Assembly (NCBI GenBank): GCA_963734495.1
Contig: CAVTHK010000001.1
Span: forward strand, 352,001-416,000
Source of the DNA: an uncultured Spirochaetota bacterium
Lineage (GTDB): Bacteria; Spirochaetota; Spirochaetia; SZUA-6; CAVTHK01
DNA length: 64,000 nt
Direction: 5' to 3'
Positions 46,941-55,822 of this stretch are shown one piece after another. A program made the translations under genes and the position numbers. Positions within the stretch are counted from its first letter, which is position 1; every line of letters starts with the position of its first letter. Under the pieces are notes generated by a model. That model did not search any database, was not told the DNA's origin, and worked only from the letters and a program-made list of their open reading frames with translations.

Positions 46941-48360
46941 CCTTCGCCTCCTCGGACCGGGCCTTCTCGAAGTCGATCGGGAGCCGGACGGTAAAGATCG
47001 TCTCGCCCGGCCTCGACCTGAAGTCGATCGAGCCGCCGTGCCTGCGCACGATCTTGTAGGCCGTGCTCAGCCCGAGGCCCGTTCCCTTGCCCTGCGGCTT
47101 GGTCGTGAAGAACAGCGTGAACACGCGGGGCCGCAGCGTTTCGGGGATGCCCGGCCCGTCGTCCTGGACCTCGACGATCACCCACGCCTCCTCGCTACGG
47201 GTCCGGAGCGTGATCCGGCCGCGGCCCGCCATGGCGTCGGCTGCGTTGTCGATCAGGTTGGTCCACACCTGGTTCAGCTCGCTGCCATAGGCAGAGACGC
47301 GCGGGAGCCCGGGAGCGAAGTCCCGCGTGACCTCGATCCCTGCCTTGAGCTTGTGCCTGAGGATGACCAGCGTGTCTTCCAGCCCTTCGTGGATGTCCAC
47401 CGCCTGCACCGGCCCCTGGTCCAGGTACACGTAGCTCTTCATCGCGCGGACGATGCTCGCGATCTCGCGCGCCCCGCGGCCGATCTCGTCGAGCAGGGAC
47501 TGCAGGGTGGCGGAGGCGCAGATGAGCGGCAGGAGGCCCGCGAGCTGGGTCGTCGAGAAGACGCCCGCCATCGCCTGGAGCCCGGCCGCGTCGTAGCCCA
47601 CCGCGGCGAGCTCCGCGGCCAGCACGCCGCGGCCCGCGATCCCCTGCTTCGCGAGCCAGCGCTCGATCGCCTCCTCGCGATCGCTGCGCGCGAGGGCGCC
47701 TTCGGAGACGGCCGGCGGCATGCTCTTCTCAAACCGCCGCGCCAGCTCCTCGAACTGCACGGGGGAAAGACCGAGGTGCGCGACCACGGCCGGGCCCTGC
47801 AGCAGCACCGGAAGCGCCAGCCGCATCTGGTCGGCGCCCCGCACGACCGCGGCGGCGGGATTGTTCAGCTCGTGCGCCAGCCCCGCGGTAAAGACGCCGA
47901 GCTGCGCCATCTTCTCGCTCTGCCGCAGCGCCGCCTCGGTCTCGCGCAGGCGGTCCATGCTGGTGCACACCATCGCGCGCGCGGCCGACGGGCTGGAGCC
48001 CAGGAGGTCGTCGAGCTGATCGCGGCCGATGGCCAGGGCGACGACGGGAGTCGCCGCGCGGGCCGTGGCCATGCGCGGCGACTGCTCGAGCAGCGCCATC
48101 TCGCCGATGACCTCGCCCCTGCCGCGCGTCGCGAGCAGGATCTCACGGCCGTCGGAGAACCGGCTGATCTCGATCTTGCCGTCCTCGATCACGTACGCGT
48201 AATCGCCGGGATCACCCTGGTGAAAGAGCTGCTCGCCGGCTGCCAGCTCGAGGCGCCTGGCCACCCCGACGAGGCGCTGCAGGTCTTGGGCCGAGAGGTC
48301 CGAGAACAGCGGGATCCCGCGCAGGAAATCGAAGGCGCCGCCGCGCGCTGCGGTCGTCAT
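46930..48360 (-). CDS. cyclic-nucleotide-binding sensor histidine kinase
   Basis: IGEMALLEQSPRMATARA (phosphate-binding cassette), AHELNNP, QVWTNLIDNA, DDGPGIP, FFTTK, GTGLGL. Confidence 0.9.
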   Translation of the reverse strand: MTTAARGGAFDFLRGIPLFSDLSAQDLQRLVGVARRLELAAGEQLFHQGDPGDYAYVIEDGKIEISRFSDGREILLATRGRGEVIGEMALLEQSPRMATARAATPVVALAIGRDQLDDLLGSSPSAARAMVCTSMDRLRETEAALRQSEKMAQLGVFTAGLAHELNNPAAAVVRGADQMRLALPVLLQGPAVVAHLGLSPVQFEELARRFEKSMPPAVSEGALARSDREEAIERWLAKQGIAGRGVLAAELAAVGYDAAGLQAMAGVFSTTQLAGLLPLICASATLQSLLDEIGRGAREIASIVRAMKSYVYLDQGPVQAVDIHEGLEDTLVILRHKLKAGIEVTRDFAPGLPRVSAYGSELNQVWTNLIDNAADAMAGRGRITLRTRSEEAWVIVEVQDDGPGIPETLRPRVFTLFFTTKPQGKGTGLGLSTAYKIVRRHGGSIDFRSRPGETIFTVRLPIDFEKARSEEAKVAG

Positions 48361-50012
48361 ACCGACTTGAGGTACTGGTGGATCTGGGCCACGACCGCGG
48401 AGCTATCGCCGACCGCGGCGCCGACGCGCTTGACCGAGGCGGCGCGCACGTCGCCGGCGGCAAAGACGCCCGGGACGCTCGTCTCCATCATGTAGGGGTC
48501 CCGGTCCAGCGTCCACCCTTTCGGCCTGCGTCCCTCCGCCAGCAGGTCCCGCCCCGTGACGATGAACCCGGCACGATCGCGCTCGACCATGCCGTCCAGC
48601 ATGTCCGTATGCGCGGCGGCCCCGATGTAGATGTACAGTGCGGCCACCGGGATCTCCCTCGAGGGGCCGCCGCCGCGATCGGCTACGACGACGGACTCGA
48701 GGTGCGACTCGCCGCGGGCCTCGCCGATCTCCGCGCGCAGCAGCACTTCGATGTTGAGGCTCGCGCCGATCTGCTCGACGAGGTAATGGGACATGCCGGC
48801 ATCGAGCGACTCGCCGCGCACGACGAGGAAGACCTTGCGGGCAAAGCGGGAGAGGAACATCGCGCCCTGTCCCGCGGAATTGGCCCCGCCGACCACCATC
48901 ACGTCCTCGCCCCGCGCGTGGACGGCCTCGGTCGTGGCTGCGCCGTAGTAGATCCCCGCGCCGGTCAGGCGCTCGATTCCCGGCGCCTCCAGCTTGCGCA
49001 CGGACACCCCCGTGGAAACCACCACGACGTGGGAGCTGAGCTCCGTGCCGCCCTTGAGGCTCACGTACCGGTAGTTGTCCTCGGAGCGCAGCCCTTGGAC
49101 CTCGCCGATCAGGATCTCCACGCCAAAGCGTTTCGCCTGGGTCGTGGCGCGGCGGGCCAGGTCCGACCCGCTCACGCCCCGGGGGAACCCGAGGTAGTTC
49201 TCGATGAGGGCGCTGGTGCCGGCCTGGCCGCCGGTGGCTTCCTTCTCGACGAGCACCGTGCTCAGGCCCTCCGAGGCGGCGTAGACCGCCGCCCCGAGCC
49301 CGGCGGGACCGGCGCCGATGATGATCACGTCGTAGAAGGGCCGCGCCGCCGCCGTCTGCAGCCCCACCTTTGCTGCGATCTCCTGCTGGCCCGGGTCTGC
49401 GAGCGAGGAGCCGTCAGGAAACACAAGGACCGGCAGCCGCGGCTCCCCCTGAATCGACCGGAGGAGGCGCTTTCCCTCCTCGTCCTTCTCGACGTCCAGC
49501 CAGGCATAGGGGATCTGGTTGCGGCTGAGGAAGTCCTTGATGTCGTGGCTCCTGGCCGACCAGGGGGTCCCGAGGACCCGGATGCCTTCGTAGGGGGGGC
49601 GGTGAGCGGCAGTCCAGTCGGAGAGCAGGTCCTCGAGCACCGGGTAGAGCTCCCGCTCCGGGGGGTCCCACGGCTTCATCAGGTAGTGATCGAGCCCGAG
49701 CTTGTTGATGCTGGTGATCGCGGCCTGCGTGTCCGCGTACGCCGTGAGGAGGACCCGCTTGGCCTCGGGGAAGATCCCGATCGCCTCGCCGATCAGCTCC
49801 GTGCCGCTCATCCCCGGCATCCGCTGGTCGGCGACCAGGAGCGCTACCCGCGCCGCGCGCCGCTTGAGCTCCCGCAGAACCTCCATCGCCTCGGCTCCGC
49901 TCGACGCCTTGACGATCCTGTAGCTCGACGCGAAGCGCGCGCGCAGGTCGCGTTCCACGGCGCTCAGGACATCGGGCTCATCGTCCACCGCGAGAATGAC
50001 AGGCTTGCCCAT
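48357..50012 (-). CDS. response-regulator receiver fused to a thioredoxin reductase-like flavoprotein
   Basis: AVDDEP, ADQRMP, KPW receiver; GAGPAG, GGQAG..IENYLGFP, VGGANSAG, FAAGDVR. Confidence 0.9.
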   Translation of the reverse strand: MGKPVILAVDDEPDVLSAVERDLRARFASSYRIVKASSGAEAMEVLRELKRRAARVALLVADQRMPGMSGTELIGEAIGIFPEAKRVLLTAYADTQAAITSINKLGLDHYLMKPWDPPERELYPVLEDLLSDWTAAHRPPYEGIRVLGTPWSARSHDIKDFLSRNQIPYAWLDVEKDEEGKRLLRSIQGEPRLPVLVFPDGSSLADPGQQEIAAKVGLQTAAARPFYDVIIIGAGPAGLGAAVYAASEGLSTVLVEKEATGGQAGTSALIENYLGFPRGVSGSDLARRATTQAKRFGVEILIGEVQGLRSEDNYRYVSLKGGTELSSHVVVVSTGVSVRKLEAPGIERLTGAGIYYGAATTEAVHARGEDVMVVGGANSAGQGAMFLSRFARKVFLVVRGESLDAGMSHYLVEQIGASLNIEVLLRAEIGEARGESHLESVVVADRGGGPSREIPVAALYIYIGAAAHTDMLDGMVERDRAGFIVTGRDLLAEGRRPKGWTLDRDPYMMETSVPGVFAAGDVRAASVKRVGAAVGDSSAVVAQIHQYLKSV

Positions 50013-50161
50013 TCGTTCCCCCTGGCGGAATACATGAGTAGTTTTATCAACAAAGTAGCATAAGCAATGGCCCGGACGCAGTCAAATGCGGTACGGGGCG
50101 CCGGTGCAGCGGGGGCGCGAGGCAGCGAGTTGCGCCGCCCCACCGTCGGCCGCGACAGCGC

Positions 50162-51187
50162 TTACGGCTCGGCGACCCGCACCGGCTGACCCTGCCGGAT
50201 GGAGCGCTGGATCGCGGCGCTGATCCGCACGATCTTCAGCCCGTGCTCGGCGCCGGGCTCGGGTTTCCTGCCGTTCCGCAGGGCATCGACGAACTGCTCG
50301 AGGCAGAAGGCGATCCCGCCCCTCACCCGCCCGTCGATCTCCAGCGTGAGCGAGACCTTGGGGAACTCGTACTTGTCCTGCGTGGCGACCTTGACGCCCT
50401 CGTGGATGCGGTCCACGTGGATGGAGCCCTTCTCCCCTACGATCTCGATAAAGGAGTCGGTCACCGTGGGCATGGTGTTCGGCAGCACCCAGCAGGACTC
50501 GAAAGTCCCGATCGCCCCGCTGGAGAAGCGGACCAGCGCCTGGATGGCGTCTTCGGTGTCGATGCCCCGCGCCTTGAGCACCTCCTTGACCCCCAGGGCG
50601 TAGACCGACTCCACGTCCGTGTCCAGCCACCACAGCACGAGGTCGATGTCGTGCGTCGAAAGGTAGCTCGCCGACGAGGTCGAGGCGGTCCAGCCCATCA
50701 TCTCCGTCGCGGCCCAGATCGCGTCGTCCTTCCGCGCGTACACCATCAGAGGCTTGCCGATCTCTCCCGAGGCGATGACCGCGCGGGCGTGCGCATAGGG
50801 CGCCGCCCACCTGTGCGTGTAGTTCACCATCACGTGCCGGCCCGCGCGCTTCGACGCCTCGACGATCGCGAGAGCATCCTCCACGGTGGTGGCCAGCGGC
50901 TTCTCCACGAGCACGTGCTTGCCCGCCTGCAGGGCGTCGAGCACGGGCCGGACGTGGAGGTGATCGGGCGTCGCGATGTGAATCGCGTCGATCTCCGCGA
51001 GCTCCAGCATCCGGCGGTAGTCGGCAAACGCGCGGGCGCCATGCCTGCCCGCGGCCGCCTCGGCCTTCTTCTGGTCGACGTCCGCCACCGCGAGGAGCTT
51101 TGCGTGCTCGAGCTCTGAGTAGATGCGCGCGTGCTGCGACCCCATGATCCCGGCCCCGACGATCCCGATCGTCACCCTGTCCTTCAT
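50162..51187 (-). CDS. Gfo/Idh/MocA oxidoreductase
   Basis: GIVGAGIMG, IATPDHLH, GKHVLVEKP, HDID. Confidence 0.9.
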   Translation of the reverse strand: MKDRVTIGIVGAGIMGSQHARIYSELEHAKLLAVADVDQKKAEAAAGRHGARAFADYRRMLELAEIDAIHIATPDHLHVRPVLDALQAGKHVLVEKPLATTVEDALAIVEASKRAGRHVMVNYTHRWAAPYAHARAVIASGEIGKPLMVYARKDDAIWAATEMMGWTASTSSASYLSTHDIDLVLWWLDTDVESVYALGVKEVLKARGIDTEDAIQALVRFSSGAIGTFESCWVLPNTMPTVTDSFIEIVGEKGSIHVDRIHEGVKVATQDKYEFPKVSLTLEIDGRVRGGIAFCLEQFVDALRNGRKPEPGAEHGLKIVRISAAIQRSIRQGQPVRVAEP

Positions 51188-51266
51188 CTTGTTTCTCCGC
51201 CGAGCAGATTCGCGAGACTCCCCCTCACGCCGCCGTCAAAGACCGAGCGGCGCTCTGCGCCGCCCT

Positions 51267-52577
51267 TCAGGCTGCGCGGCGGGCGTTGGCGAGGGCGACC
51301 TTACGGAACGCCTCGGCGTACTGGCGGATCATCTCCTCCCGGTCGTGTTTGAACCAGGGCACGGAGAAGCAGATGCTGTCGATGGCCTCCGAAACGGGAA
51401 GCGTGCCTTTGCCCTGGCGAACGTCGCGCTGGCCGAATGCGATCATCGTGGGCGTGCCCTGGTGAAAGAGGTCGGCCGTGTGGAAGACCGGATGGAGGTG
51501 CAAAGGGAAGTTCGCGCCCTGGTAGCAGCCGGACCAGCCTTCGGCTCTCACGGCTTCGCAGAAGCTGTCGATCGGCAGGCCGCCGAGCTCCTCGCCGACG
51601 TAGAGCCCTTGAGGAAAGTACCATCCTCCCATCGTGGAGCCCGAGCCTTTCCCGGTGCGATGGGGCCGTATCCCCGGCACGCCCTCCAGCATGTCCCAGA
51701 AGCGGTTCATGGCCCTCTGGATCTCGGCGATGCGCTCGGGGTAGTGCCTGAGCTGAACGCGACCCATGGCCGCGCAGGTCTGATTCAAGCGGTTCTTGTA
51801 GCCGCCGAGCGGGACGCCGCGGTACTCGACGAGGTCGGGAAGCGTGATCTGGTCGTCGGGCGGGTTCCAGCGGGTGCGAAATCCCGTCCGCTCGTAGTGC
51901 CCGTAGGCCACGCAGCGCTCGTACAGGGACCGGTCGTCGGTGACGATCATGCCGCCCTCGCCGATGGAGAGGCTCTTGCCCGACATCATGCTGAAGGCGC
52001 CAATATCCCCGATCGTGCCGCACATCCGGCCGCGGGAGAGCGAGCCCTGCGCGTGCGAAGCGTCCTCGATGACCCGCACGCCGTGCCTCCGCGCGATCCG
52101 CATGATCTCGTCCATCGGGCAGGGATGGCCCGCGTAGTGCACGACCATGATCGCGCGAGTCCGGTCCGAGATGCGGTGCTCGATGTCCGCGGGGTCGATG
52201 CAGAGAGTGCGAGGGTCGATGTCCGCGAAATTGACCGCGGCGCCGAGCGTGAGCGCCGGCAGGGCGCTCGCCCAGTACGTCATGCTCGGGCAGATCACCT
52301 CGTCGCCGGCCCCCACCCCGCACGCCCAGTAGGCGGCCTTGAGCGCCGCCGTCCCGTTGGGGTGCGCGAGGGCGTGGCGCACGCCCATCCATTCCGCCAT
52401 CTCCTGCTCGAACCTTTTCGTGATCTCGGTGCCGCTCATCCTGCCCGAGCGCAGCACCTCGAGCACCGCTTCCTCGTCCTCGCGCGTGACGATGGGCCAC
52501 GTGAACAGGTCCCCGGGCGGCAACGTGACCGCCGGTCGTCCGCCGGAGAGGGCGGGTTTCGCACCTTTGTGTTCCAT
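51267..52577 (-). CDS. DegT/DnrJ/EryC1/StrS PLP aminotransferase
   Basis: NGTAAL, GAGDEVI, VVHYAG, IEDASHAQG, FSMMSGKSLSIGEGGM. Confidence 0.9.
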   Translation of the reverse strand: MEHKGAKPALSGGRPAVTLPPGDLFTWPIVTREDEEAVLEVLRSGRMSGTEITKRFEQEMAEWMGVRHALAHPNGTAALKAAYWACGVGAGDEVICPSMTYWASALPALTLGAAVNFADIDPRTLCIDPADIEHRISDRTRAIMVVHYAGHPCPMDEIMRIARRHGVRVIEDASHAQGSLSRGRMCGTIGDIGAFSMMSGKSLSIGEGGMIVTDDRSLYERCVAYGHYERTGFRTRWNPPDDQITLPDLVEYRGVPLGGYKNRLNQTCAAMGRVQLRHYPERIAEIQRAMNRFWDMLEGVPGIRPHRTGKGSGSTMGGWYFPQGLYVGEELGGLPIDSFCEAVRAEGWSGCYQGANFPLHLHPVFHTADLFHQGTPTMIAFGQRDVRQGKGTLPVSEAIDSICFSVPWFKHDREEMIRQYAEAFRKVALANARRAA

Positions 52578-52664
52578 AGATACGATGGATTGTAGCAGAA
52601 GAAGAGGCTCATGGCACTGCGGCCTGGCGCCCGGCGCCGGCCGCCCCGGCACCGCCGCCCGCCG

Positions 52665-53441
52665 TCAGTCGAGCACGGCCCAGGTCGCGATGGGGTGCGC
52701 CTTGCCCTTGATGGGGAGCGCGGGCATCGGGTCCATCCGGAACCGGCCGTCGAGGTGCCCGCGCACGTCCTCGGTCACGAGGATGTCGCGCTCGAGGTCG
52801 CGGGTGAGAGCCTCCACCCGCGCCGCGACGTTGACCGCATCGCCGATCACCGTGAACTCCAGGAGGCCGGCTCCTCCGAGGAGCCCGGCGACGGCGCTCC
52901 CGCAGTGGATCCCGATGCCGAAGCGGAGCTCCGGCCGCCCCAGCTCACGCAGCTTCGCGTTGTAGCGGCCGAGGGCCGCCCGCATCTCGACGGCCGCCTC
53001 GACCGCGTCCTGCACCTGCCACGGGTTGCGCTCCAGAGCCCCGAACACGCTCATGATCCCGTCACCCATGATCCTGGTCACGTGGCCATGATGCGAGCGG
53101 ATCACGCCGGACATCTCGCCGAAGTATCCGTCCAGCATCTCGATGACGACCCCGGGGTCGAGCTTTTCGCTGAGCTGCGTAAAGCCGCGGATGTCGGCGA
53201 ACATCACCGTGACATCGCGCCGGTCGCCGCCCGCGACGACGCCGTCCGAAGCGATCCGCTCGACGAGCACGGGAGGAGCAAACCGCGCAAAGGAGAGCTG
53301 GAGGCGCTGGAGCTCCTGCGAATCGTGCTCGACGCGCCGCCGGAGGACCGCGCACGTGCGCCGCAGCGCCGCGACCGCCGCGACGAGCGCCGTCACCGCG
53401 GCGAGCGCCACAGCAAGGATCAGCAGTTCCGTCCCGGTCAC
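52665..53441 (-). CDS. membrane-anchored class III nucleotide cyclase
   Basis: N-terminal TM and coiled coil; FADIRGFT, TRIMGDG, FGIGIH, FTVIGDAVNVAARV. GTGA overlap with the upstream gene. Confidence 0.88.
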   Translation of the reverse strand: MTGTELLILAVALAAVTALVAAVAALRRTCAVLRRRVEHDSQELQRLQLSFARFAPPVLVERIASDGVVAGGDRRDVTVMFADIRGFTQLSEKLDPGVVIEMLDGYFGEMSGVIRSHHGHVTRIMGDGIMSVFGALERNPWQVQDAVEAAVEMRAALGRYNAKLRELGRPELRFGIGIHCGSAVAGLLGGAGLLEFTVIGDAVNVAARVEALTRDLERDILVTEDVRGHLDGRFRMDPMPALPIKGKAHPIATWAVLD

Positions 53442-54463
53442 TGTCTCACCAGAGAGAGCCGGGCAAGGCTGTTGGAGACCGCGGCGCTGCCGATGGCTTC
53501 GATCGTCTCGCTCAGGCCGACGTCGCCGAGGAGCCGGCGGGTGCTGTCCTGGATGGTGCGCGGCTCGTACCAGACAGTCTCTCTCGTCCAGCGCAGCAGT
53601 CGCGTCTCCAGGGCCGACAACCCCGGAGAGCTGAGCGTCGAGAGGATCCTGCCGATCTCCTCGCCGGAAAGGCCGTCGGCGGCCAGGGTCTCCACCGCCT
53701 CTCGCTCGCAGAGCTCCGACCCGAGCTGTCGGGCGATCACGGCCAGCATCATCAACTTGCTCCTGCGGGGGATCACCTCGGAAGCCAGCCAGGCATCGGT
53801 GAGGCCGCGGAGCCAGACCGCGATGTGGGTGCTCCCCGCGGCGGCAATGATCGCCGCGCACGGGCCTTCGTTTCTGAAGCCCTCGGGAGGCGGGACCTTG
53901 CGGGGCTCGGTCTTCCTCCTGACGAAGAGGCTGCTGAAGATCCTCCCGAGCGCCGTTTCGGGCAGCCGCTCCATCGAGGTCGGAGTCAGCGCGAGGAACG
54001 TGCTCAAGCGGTTGGTGAAACAGGCTTTGACCACGACAGCCCCGATCTCCGAGACCGCCTGCGCGCTCAGGCCGACGCTCACGAGGTCTTCATAGTCTTT
54101 GCGCGCCGGCGACGGGTTGGATTTCGCGAGCTTGCGCGAGAACTCGACGACCTGCCGTGTCACCCCGTCCGCCAGGATCGCTTCGTGCTCCAGGTCCTGG
54201 ATCTGTTTCTCGCTGTAGCCCCAGATCCTCATGAGCGCCCTGGTCATGCCGTAGCAGAAGCGGCACTGGTTCTCCTGGCAGGCCACGAAGTAGGCGACTC
54301 CCATGAGATGCGCCGAGGCATAGGCGACCTTCTCGCGCCCCGAGATCGCCACCAGTGCGGCGGCGAGCCAGGGGCTGAGCTTCGCGAGCATGACAGGATC
54401 GGGCTCGGGCCCCATCTCGATCAGCGGCTCGCCCCACTCGATCTCGTGCAGGAGCTTCGCCAT
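53438..54463 (-). CDS. AhpD/carboxymuconolactone decarboxylase-like protein, tandem domains
   Basis: VACQENQCRFCYG in the first domain and a degenerate second domain (ARQLGSELCE). Upstream TTGCCG-17-TATTTT-7 nt-ATG. Confidence 0.65.
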   Translation of the reverse strand: MAKLLHEIEWGEPLIEMGPEPDPVMLAKLSPWLAAALVAISGREKVAYASAHLMGVAYFVACQENQCRFCYGMTRALMRIWGYSEKQIQDLEHEAILADGVTRQVVEFSRKLAKSNPSPARKDYEDLVSVGLSAQAVSEIGAVVVKACFTNRLSTFLALTPTSMERLPETALGRIFSSLFVRRKTEPRKVPPPEGFRNEGPCAAIIAAAGSTHIAVWLRGLTDAWLASEVIPRRSKLMMLAVIARQLGSELCEREAVETLAADGLSGEEIGRILSTLSSPGLSALETRLLRWTRETVWYEPRTIQDSTRRLLGDVGLSETIEAIGSAAVSNSLARLSLVRQ

Positions 54464-54507
54464 CTGGCGGAAAATAGCCACGCCGCACGGGCGCGGCAAG
54501 CGGCGCT

Positions 54508-55821
54508 CTAGAGCCAGCGGCCGGCCTTGACCGAATCGCGGATGCGGGAGAGCGCGCACTCGGGACCCAGCGCGAGCAGCGCGGCAGCGGTCGGTTCGGC
54601 GAGCGGCGGCAGGCCCCCGACACGCTCGAACAGCGGGTCCTTCGGGTCGTCGATGAACGAGAGCCCGGCGTAGCGCAGCAGGATCGTGTGGCCGACCATG
54701 ATGCGCGCTCCGCGGCGGAACGCCTCGGCGTGGGGAGCCAGAGCCGGCCCCGCCAGGTCGTCGACGAAGGGCTGACCGAGACGGTTCATCTCGGTGCCGG
54801 TGTTGATCGGCAGCCCCATGGCCTCGGCGACGGAGACGAACTGGGCCAGCTTCGCCTGCTTCGCCGCGGACTCCTCGGGCCGCTTGAAGTTCCAGTTGCG
54901 GTCGGGGACGATGTTGACCGCGGCCACGCCCTTGGCCGCCATGCACTCGAGCAGCGCCCGCGGGTCGGCCTCGCCGGCGCTCGTGCCGTCGACCCACGGG
55001 AACATCGGGATCGCACGGCAGGCCGCCACCCACCGCACGAAGTCGTCCACCGGCGGGAAGGTGCGCTCGGTCGGCGGCTCGTAGCCGAGGCCGCCGCGCT
55101 TGGCGAGGCGCGAGCGCGCCTGCTCCTCGAGCGCCGGCGGGTCGGCCAGCAGCGCGCCCGCGCGCGCGGCGTCCACCCCCAGCACGCGCGCCCAGAAGCG
55201 GACGCGGGCGCCGCTCCCGGCAAAGACCTGCTCGCCGCGAGCGACGTACGCCCGCACGATGTGGCGCTCCGTCGCGTTGCCGCCCGGCGTGAGGGGGAGC
55301 ACGTCGCGGCGGTAGTCGATCGCGATCTCGGGAAGGGCCGCGTTGACGCGCGCCACCAGCGCCTCGTTGCGCCGGGCCGCCTGGCTGCGGAAGGCGGCGA
55401 GCGTGGCCGCCTCGGCCGTTCCCGCCCCCGGCGCCGCGACGAAGCCCGCGCCCATCATGTAGCTCACGCCGTGCTCGCCGGGCGAGTTGATGTCGGCATG
55501 AGCGTACTCGCTCACGTACGCCCGCGTCTCCAGGTGCACGGCGGCGCGCAGGCCGAGCACGCGGCCGGCTGAGAGGAACTCGTCCATCCCGTCGAGGACG
55601 TCGAAGTCGCAGAGCGCCCCCGCGTAGAGCCCGGCGCGCCTCGCCTCGAGCGCGATGTGCGCGGGCGACCAGCCGAGAGCGTTGTAGGAGTGGAAGGAGT
55701 GCAGGTGCATGTTGGGATTGCCGCCGGTCGGGGCCGCGCTCACCGAGGGAGCTGCGGCCGCGAGGGCGGCCTCGCGCTCGGGGGCGTCGAACGAGTCGAG
55801 GGCGCGTTCGTCCTTCTTCAT
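54508..55821 (-). CDS. PHP-like domain hypothetical protein
   Basis: NMHLHSFHS (HxH), ALCDFDVLDG, ERHIV, GTE; starts 2 nt after the ROK stop. Confidence 0.6.
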   Translation of the reverse strand: MKKDERALDSFDAPEREAALAAAAPSVSAAPTGGNPNMHLHSFHSYNALGWSPAHIALEARRAGLYAGALCDFDVLDGMDEFLSAGRVLGLRAAVHLETRAYVSEYAHADINSPGEHGVSYMMGAGFVAAPGAGTAEAATLAAFRSQAARRNEALVARVNAALPEIAIDYRRDVLPLTPGGNATERHIVRAYVARGEQVFAGSGARVRFWARVLGVDAARAGALLADPPALEEQARSRLAKRGGLGYEPPTERTFPPVDDFVRWVAACRAIPMFPWVDGTSAGEADPRALLECMAAKGVAAVNIVPDRNWNFKRPEESAAKQAKLAQFVSVAEAMGLPINTGTEMNRLGQPFVDDLAGPALAPHAEAFRRGARIMVGHTILLRYAGLSFIDDPKDPLFERVGGLPPLAEPTAAALLALGPECALSRIRDSVKAGRWL

Positions 55822-55822
55822 T

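Noticed and set aside
46146-48360. Pycsar-like anti-phage system (cyclase plus cNMP-binding protein)
   Set aside because: The cNMP domain is fused to a histidine kinase, not a TIR or TM effector, and the cyclase has adenine-type K/T residues.
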